This document shows positions 59,042 through 64,000 of a stretch of 64,000 nt of DNA, one piece after another. The notes under the pieces were generated by a model. It was given only the letters and a program-made list of their open reading frames with translations, did no database searches and had not been told where the DNA came from. Position 1 is the first letter of the stretch. Each line of letters begins with the position of its first letter. A program made the position numbers and the translations under genes. The stretch covers positions 269,668 to 333,667 of the forward strand of contig CP064977.1 in assembly GCA_016699465.1 (NCBI GenBank), read 5' to 3'. This stretch comes from Candidatus Campbellbacteria bacterium (lineage in GTDB: Bacteria > Patescibacteriota > Minisyncoccia > Phycocordibacterales > EsbW-18).

Positions 59042-59803
59042 TTATTTTGACAAGAAAATAGGAAAATCAAAGTTCATAACATAACCAGATTCTGTGACAC
59101 CACAATACAAATTACATTTTTTTAAACATCCTTGAATTTTTTTGATATCTTCCCGAGAAACACCGTACCTCTCAATGTGCTCCTTTTCGGAGATATGCAA
59201 TACTCCGCCTTCACCGATCTTTTTTGGTTCCTCAAATCCAGCCTCTCTATACAACTCCGCAATATCAGAGGACTGAAATAATCTGTCGCCAATTTTATCC
59301 ACGGTATTATATGCGGTGCTTATTCGTTCACAATCAGCGAGATCACCAATATATGCAGGCTGATTGATAAAAAGTCCATCTGGTTTCAAGTGTTTTTTAA
59401 TTTTCTTCAATACCTCAACTTGTAGTGTTTTAGTTGGAAAATAATCAAGTGAGCTCCTCATAAGAATAAGATCGAACTTCTTTCCCAAATCCATTTCTAA
59501 CAAATCAGCACAAATCTTTTTTGTCTCTGGGTTCTTATTGGAATCGAGATGCTTTTGAGAGATGTCCACCAACGTCAAACACCCCTGTCCTAATTCCTTT
59601 AATAAAGCTTCCCCGAGTATTCCACCGGCCGAAGCAACATACAAAATATCTAACGCATGGTTTGGTAGATATGGTATTACCGAAGAAACAAAACTTTGTA
59701 TATTATTCTCATCAGAAAAATAGCTGTTGTATGTTTTTCCCCAAGCATCTCCCAAAACCCTCTTGTCTCTTTCTAAGTTAATTTTACTCAATTCAGAAGA
59801 CAT
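59042..59803 (-). CDS. Class I SAM-dependent methyltransferase
   Basis: ILYVASAGGILGEALL motif I-like, 253 aa. Confidence 0.65.
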   Translation of the reverse strand: MSSELSKINLERDKRVLGDAWGKTYNSYFSDENNIQSFVSSVIPYLPNHALDILYVASAGGILGEALLKELGQGCLTLVDISQKHLDSNKNPETKKICADLLEMDLGKKFDLILMRSSLDYFPTKTLQVEVLKKIKKHLKPDGLFINQPAYIGDLADCERISTAYNTVDKIGDRLFQSSDIAELYREAGFEEPKKIGEGGVLHISEKEHIERYGVSREDIKKIQGCLKKCNLYCGVTESGYVMNFDFPIFLSK

Positions 59804-59842
59804 ATAATTTGATGGCGACGCAAGGCGACTTATGGAACTAAT

Positions 59843-60559
59843 TTAACCAACTAACAACTGAGATTCAACCCTATCCAAGAAACTTCTGATTTCAAAGATA
59901 GCCTTCTTTTGTTCAGTGTTTGAAACTGTTTCCAAAATCTCCATAGACTTTCGTATTGTCTGGAAATTTGACTCTTTAGGGGCAGAAGTGAGGGCCGGAA
60001 TATCTTTCTCGGACTTCTGAAACTCATTTGTAAGAAAAGGAATGAAAGACTCATCTCCACGCACCACCTTTTTGATACCGTTAAAGCACATACAAATAAA
60101 GAATGTGATTCGATCAGAAAGATCGCGAGGATTTCTTTTTGTTTCAGGAATTATGTCACCTACTGACACATGCTTTTTTTCAAGAAGAATCTTTGCGTCA
60201 GGAAGTACCCGAGAACTTGAGAACGGACAGAGATAGTAATCTACTCGAATCAACTCACCATCAATCTTGTAAATAACGGCTGACTGAACCCCATCGAGAG
60301 GAAAGTTGTTTTGCATTTCGTGCCACAAAACGATTTGTCCAACTTTAGCGTAATTGGTAAACCTATTTTCTAATATCTTCTGAATATCAGAATCTTCAAA
60401 CGTAACCCAGATATCAACATCACTCAAGGCATCATTCGCCCCACGAGCTATCGAGCCAAAGATGTGTGCCTCTATTGCTTCATCTTTGAATATTTCAACA
60501 ATATCGTTTGTGACCTTATCACAAAGTCCTTTCATTTTTTGAGTGAATTCAGTTTGCAT
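59843..60559 (-). CDS. Pol-beta-type nucleotidyltransferase domain protein (aminoglycoside/lincosamide NTase-like architecture)
   Basis: GSIARGANDALSDVDIWV (GS...DxD) followed by a ~150-aa helical C-domain. Confidence 0.6.
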   Translation of the reverse strand: MQTEFTQKMKGLCDKVTNDIVEIFKDEAIEAHIFGSIARGANDALSDVDIWVTFEDSDIQKILENRFTNYAKVGQIVLWHEMQNNFPLDGVQSAVIYKIDGELIRVDYYLCPFSSSRVLPDAKILLEKKHVSVGDIIPETKRNPRDLSDRITFFICMCFNGIKKVVRGDESFIPFLTNEFQKSEKDIPALTSAPKESNFQTIRKSMEILETVSNTEQKKAIFEIRSFLDRVESQLLVG

Positions 60560-60660
60560 GTAGTTGTTGAGACGTTCGAGCCAGAACCATACATGGTCAA
60601 GCCCCGCTTAGTCCATCTGTCTTCTTCCTAACTTACTAAAACGACGCGTCTCGGACGCTT

Positions 60661-61410
60661 CTAAAGCTTGGCGACTTCAATTATTTTCTGGTCTATAAAG
60701 AACTTGTCACCCTTAACACTCTCTTTCAGCCACCCGATGACGTTATTTCTATTTTCTTCGTATTCCTTTGGATATAAGTCGAACGAAAGTCGGAGGGTCT
60801 CATATAAATCCTCGTACGAACTAAATGAAAGACTGGCTTGCGTTGTATATTCTCGGACCGAATACGAGCTTAGAGAATTCTTCAAAATGTCGTAAGTAAA
60901 GGTGTACGGCTTATTGATGAATTCCGCGAATGCATCCTTAATTGGACCGTAGTCTGATTCTCTCCCGTTTACGACAAAATAAGCACGACCACCCTTCTTC
61001 AAAAGAGAAGCTATCTTCTCTACAGCACCTGGCAAGTCCCTGAAGTAATAAACGACATGAGAAGCGAGTATTACATCAAACTGCTTATCGAACTCAGTAG
61101 TCTCAAAGTCTCCATGAACTATATGCACATTCGAGGGAAGTGGGTCATTGAATTCCTCCTTTTCAACTATTTGATAGTCCTCAAAATAGCTTCCGAGATG
61201 CGAGGCAAAATATGCCGAAGTTCCGAGTCCTATTTCTAAGCAACTCTCGTGAGTCTTGCCTTTCAGCAAATCAGAGATTTTCTGAACAAGAAGATCCTTC
61301 TCATTGCTATGCGCGATAAGATTGTTGTACCAGTCTTTATAGAAATCAACCATAATCTTAATTATATCGCTTTTGCTAAATTTGCTAAGCAGCGCGCCTC
61401 GGATGCTCAA
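60661..61410 (-). CDS. Class I SAM-dependent methyltransferase
   Basis: CLEIGLGTSAYFASHL motif I, 249 aa. Confidence 0.65.
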   Translation of the reverse strand: MSIRGALLSKFSKSDIIKIMVDFYKDWYNNLIAHSNEKDLLVQKISDLLKGKTHESCLEIGLGTSAYFASHLGSYFEDYQIVEKEEFNDPLPSNVHIVHGDFETTEFDKQFDVILASHVVYYFRDLPGAVEKIASLLKKGGRAYFVVNGRESDYGPIKDAFAEFINKPYTFTYDILKNSLSSYSVREYTTQASLSFSSYEDLYETLRLSFDLYPKEYEENRNNVIGWLKESVKGDKFFIDQKIIEVAKL

Positions 61411-61451
61411 GACCTGTATGCATCTCGTGCGCTCGAACCTATCTCAAGTTG

Positions 61452-61513
61452 GCTGCCGGACTAGGACCAATTAATCTCCAGAGGCCCTTGTGCCTGTTTT
61501 CTGTCCAGAGTTG
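61452..61513. repeat. Direct repeat R2 (partner of R1)
   Basis: See R1. It ends in GTTG, which runs straight into the partial tRNA-Gln 3' copy. Confidence 0.6.
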
Positions 61514-61645
61514 CTGGGCTTGGATTCGGTCACGAGTTACTAAGTATTTTAGTAGCAAAGCTCCTAAAATCCTAAGTATTCTCGACCCCGCCTCGGTGCT
61601 TACTCGTCCACAGGACGCGCACCTACGGCCTTCGAATCCTACGCT
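61511..61645. repeat. tRNA-Gln-associated repeat module, copy B, beginning with a 19-nt copy of the tRNA-Gln(CTG) 3' end (GTTGCTGGGCTTGGATTCG)
   Basis: The 19 nt are identical to 61696..61714 of the intact tRNA. The cores GTCACGAGTTACTAAGTATTTTA and TAAAATCCTAAGTATTCTCGACCCCGCCTC are shared with copy A. Closing stem GGATTCG/CGAATCC. Confidence 0.6.
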
Positions 61646-61696
61646 CGGAACAATATGAGAAATTTTAAGTAGCAAAAGCTACCAAAATTTTCATTG

Positions 61697-61767
61697 TTGC
61701 TGGGCTTGGATTCGAACCAAGATGAATGGATTCAGAGTCCATTATCCTACCGTTAGATGACCCAGCA
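61697..61767 (-). tRNA. tRNA-Gln (anticodon CTG)
   Basis: Acceptor UGCUGGG/CCCAGCA, anticodon loop CUCUGAA, T-arm CUUGG-UUCGAAU-CCAAG. Confidence 0.85.
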
Positions 61768-61802
61768 GTACCAACACAATGCCCTATTTTGGGCCTTTTT
61801 TC

Positions 61803-61839
61803 AATCCCCTTTTCTTTATTCTCTAATTCGCGCGAATTA
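61803..61839. promoter_or_regulatory. Perfect 18-bp-arm palindrome CTTTATTCTCTAATTCGCG|CGCGAATTAGAGAATAAAG
   Basis: Exact inverted repeat with no loop, between the tRNA-Gln 5' side and the downstream + gene. No T-run follows, so it is not a canonical terminator. Confidence 0.5.
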
Positions 61840-61884
61840 GAGAATAAAGTAGAAAAAAATCATAAACAGGAATACACTTTGTGT

Positions 61885-62202
61885 ATGCTAGTACAAAAAT
61901 ATATTGAATATCTCAAAGATAATCCCGAGAAGTACTGGTTCAAGCGAAAAGTATTTGGATGGGGGTGGACGCCGGCTCGATGGCAAGGGTGGGTTACCCT
62001 TATTCTTTTTATTGCCCTTATTGTTGGCAACGCATACCGAGTGGATACTCAGTCACTCTCAAACAATGAAGTACCAATCGCATTTCTTATACAAACGTTC
62101 ATTCTTGCACTCATCCTCATCGCAATCTGTTATGCAACAGGAGAAAAGCCCCGCTGGCAGTGGGGCTTTCCAAAGAAGGACGATACACGCGACACACACT
62201 AG
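61885..62202 (+). CDS. Hypothetical small membrane protein (2 TM)
   Basis: I chose the ATG at 61885 (MLVQKYIEYL). The ORF-track N-terminus would read through the tRNA and the palindrome. Confidence 0.45.
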   Translation: MLVQKYIEYLKDNPEKYWFKRKVFGWGWTPARWQGWVTLILFIALIVGNAYRVDTQSLSNNEVPIAFLIQTFILALILIAICYATGEKPRWQWGFPKKDDTRDTH

Positions 62203-62624
62203 CTTGCCTGAGTTGTTCGTACTTGCACAGTAATTGGTTGCATTCGACGCACTGGCGTTACTGTCTGTGTTTGTTGTACAACTGGTACAACTGGCTGTAC
62301 CACAACTGGAGCCGATGTTGCTTGAGCCGCCGCTTGTGCATCACGTTGTGCTTGTAATTTTCCTACACGAACAGCATCTGCAGCAACACGTTGTGCCAAT
62401 GCATCAGTTGCTTGTCCTGTTTCTTTTATACGAGCTAATTCACGAATAAGCTGACGACGCTCCAAAACAATAGCGAGTGTATCTTCCGCACTTTTGTATT
62501 TCTGCAGTGATTCTTGCTCGCGTGCCTGCGTTGCAACAAGTGCGTGGTTAAACCCCGTCGCTCCACCAATGACGATGAGCACCGCAAGCATTGTTTTGAT
62601 AAATGTACTTGTATCTTTTTGCAT
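62199..62624 (-). CDS. Hypothetical membrane-anchored coiled-coil protein, Ala/Gln/Val-rich
   Basis: N-terminal TM segment. GC-rich, low-complexity C-terminus. Confidence 0.5.
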   Translation of the reverse strand: MQKDTSTFIKTMLAVLIVIGGATGFNHALVATQAREQESLQKYKSAEDTLAIVLERRQLIRELARIKETGQATDALAQRVAADAVRVGKLQAQRDAQAAAQATSAPVVVQPVVPVVQQTQTVTPVRRMQPITVQVRTTQAS

Positions 62625-62632
62625 ATAATTTT

Positions 62633-62803
62633 TTAGTCAATTCTTTGCCACATGTGTGTGTCTCGTTTTCGAACATCACACTCCATACACTTAAAATCAT
62701 CAGGGAGCGTTTCCCACTTTGTTCCTGGTGGAATACCGCGCTCGGGGACTCCGACAGCTTCGTCGTACGTCCATCCGCATTCTAAACAAATATACTGTGC
62801 CAT
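62633..62803 (-). CDS. Rubredoxin (56 aa), missed by the ORF track
   Basis: MAQYICLECGWTYDE...GIPPGTKWETLPDDFKCMECDVRK has the two CxxCG-type knuckles and aromatic core of rubredoxin. Stop lies 8 nt before the next gene's start. Confidence 0.7.
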   Translation of the reverse strand: MAQYICLECGWTYDEAVGVPERGIPPGTKWETLPDDFKCMECDVRKRDTHMWQRID

Positions 62804-62875
62804 ATAGTTTTATATATTAACGTTATTAACACACTGTAGTGTACAGTCCTACTATGAATGCTTGATGAATAGAGG

Positions 62876-63922
62876 TTACACCACCATTGGTATCTCAACG
62901 TGCACTCGTGTCCCCTTTCCAACGTTACTGGTAACTGTAATAGTACCATCCATCTCATCTACAATCTCTTTAACCATCGAAAGTCCTAAACCAGACCCTT
63001 CGGTGTACGTTGCATCTCGAGAAGTATCTGCCTTATAAAATCGTTCAAAAATATGAGGTATATCTGCAGGGGCAATTCCTATACCCGTATCAAGAACCTC
63101 GAGTACCACCTTCTCACCCTGCTTGGCGAGCGATACAGTCACAGTACCGCCGGAGACGTTATAATCAACAGCGTTTTTTATAAGATTCATGATGAGGCGT
63201 TCAACATCCACACCACGCCCACGCACCTGCAAACTTGCTTCACACGCGCCAGTAAGCGCAACGTTGCGACTCGTCGCATAGGATTTCATAAAAGAAACAT
63301 GCTGTTCACATGCGGTGCTTATATCAATTGTCTCTGTAGGGCGCGTGCGCTGTGCCGTGTCTCGACGAGCTAGAAACAAAAGATTATTTGCCATCGTCGA
63401 CATGTAGTTAATTTCATGGAGTGCTTCGACAATAAAAGATTCATACTCCTCATGAGTTGATTTTCTATCGAGGAGCACTTCCGCTCCGGCCTTCATAACA
63501 GACAATGGTGTTCGTAATTCATGTGCCGCATCAGACACAAAACGTTTTTGACGCATGTAGGACTCTTCGATTGGTCGGAGTGTTGCGCGTGATAGCAAAT
63601 ACGACACAATGACAATAATCAGCAACGCAACAAAATCCGTCATAAGAAGAACCGACAACAATCGCTCCCGTGCGCCTACCGTTTTATTTATTTCTTCATC
63701 ATTTGCGGGTCGGTGTCGTTCTGTGACAACAACATAGCCACCGTCGTCCGTATCAAACGAAAGATTTTGAATAAAGAGTACGTACACAAATACAGAAAAA
63801 AGTGTGAGTACGAGAAAAACACCTGCAGAATAGTACGCCGTGAGCTTCACGCTTGCCTTAAAAAACGTGTTATGCGTTGAATGTGTATCCAACACCCCGG
63901 ACTGTCGAAATATATTTTTCAT
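62876..63922 (-). CDS. Sensor histidine kinase (2 TM, HisKA, HATPase_c)
   Basis: H-box AAHELRTPLS. N, G1 and G2 boxes (GSGLGLSMV). Confidence 0.85.
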   Translation of the reverse strand: MKNIFRQSGVLDTHSTHNTFFKASVKLTAYYSAGVFLVLTLFSVFVYVLFIQNLSFDTDDGGYVVVTERHRPANDEEINKTVGARERLLSVLLMTDFVALLIIVIVSYLLSRATLRPIEESYMRQKRFVSDAAHELRTPLSVMKAGAEVLLDRKSTHEEYESFIVEALHEINYMSTMANNLLFLARRDTAQRTRPTETIDISTACEQHVSFMKSYATSRNVALTGACEASLQVRGRGVDVERLIMNLIKNAVDYNVSGGTVTVSLAKQGEKVVLEVLDTGIGIAPADIPHIFERFYKADTSRDATYTEGSGLGLSMVKEIVDEMDGTITVTSNVGKGTRVHVEIPMVV

Positions 63923-64000
63923 TAGTGTCGTGTAATTTTTTTCTTAATTGTTTGATGTATGCATCTGTAATGTTACTGAAAGGGTCATATGAAAAATCCC

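Noticed and set aside
1-64000. CRISPR arrays, rRNA genes, transposases/integrases
   Set aside because: No regularly spaced direct repeats, no rRNA-like conserved stretches, and no ORF with transposase or integrase motifs were seen.

Overview
This is an AT-rich bacterial chromosomal segment of roughly 40% GC with densely packed, often overlapping genes. It has many TTG/GTG starts, weak Shine-Dalgarno sites and several shortened housekeeping proteins (a 500-aa Rel/SpoT, a 473-aa MetRS). From that I infer a reduced-genome, CPR/Patescibacteria-like organism.

The housekeeping backbone is pyrD, dnaX, dus, ftsQ-like, serS, dprA-topA, rel, parB, miaA, htpX-lemA, groES-groEL, secG, RNase J, metG, two two-component systems, zupT, dgkA and an ABC-F ATPase. 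Four tRNA genes are present: Gln-TTG, Leu-CAA, Ser-GGA and Gln-CTG.

Main accessory observations:
1. The 5' end of the window (1..4560) holds a mannoside-phosphorylase cluster: three GH130 domains, one carried as a tandem fusion that runs off the window edge and one carrying a histone-H1-like lysine-rich tail. It also includes a cupin, a PMM-like HAD enzyme and a GrpB nucleotidyltransferase.
2. Both tRNA-Gln genes are followed on their 3' side by a conserved ~125-nt structured repeat module ending in a partial copy of the tRNA 3' end.
3. Next to tRNA-Gln(CTG) sits a 3.8-kb cassette bounded by ~60-bp direct repeats. It carries a nucleotidyltransferase, two SAM methyltransferases, a HAD phosphatase and a small DMT transporter.
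4. tRNA-Ser(GGA) is followed by a degenerate duplicate of its 3' half and then by a block of unrecognisable genes (19.4-22.6 kb).
5. A ~0.85-kb GC-rich micro-island (8.65-9.5 kb) contains Shine-Dalgarno-led small ORFs, an intrinsic terminator and a 14-bp inverted repeat at its edge.
6. A TTCRAAATCC-type tandem repeat is shared by the regions just upstream of htpX and groEL, and is a candidate heat-shock operator.
7. Three small genes missed by the ORF track were found: a rubredoxin, an lmo0937-type membrane peptide and a 34-aa Shine-Dalgarno-led peptide. There is also a frameshifted histidine phosphatase next to a P-loop kinase.

No CRISPR array, rRNA, transposase or integrase was seen.
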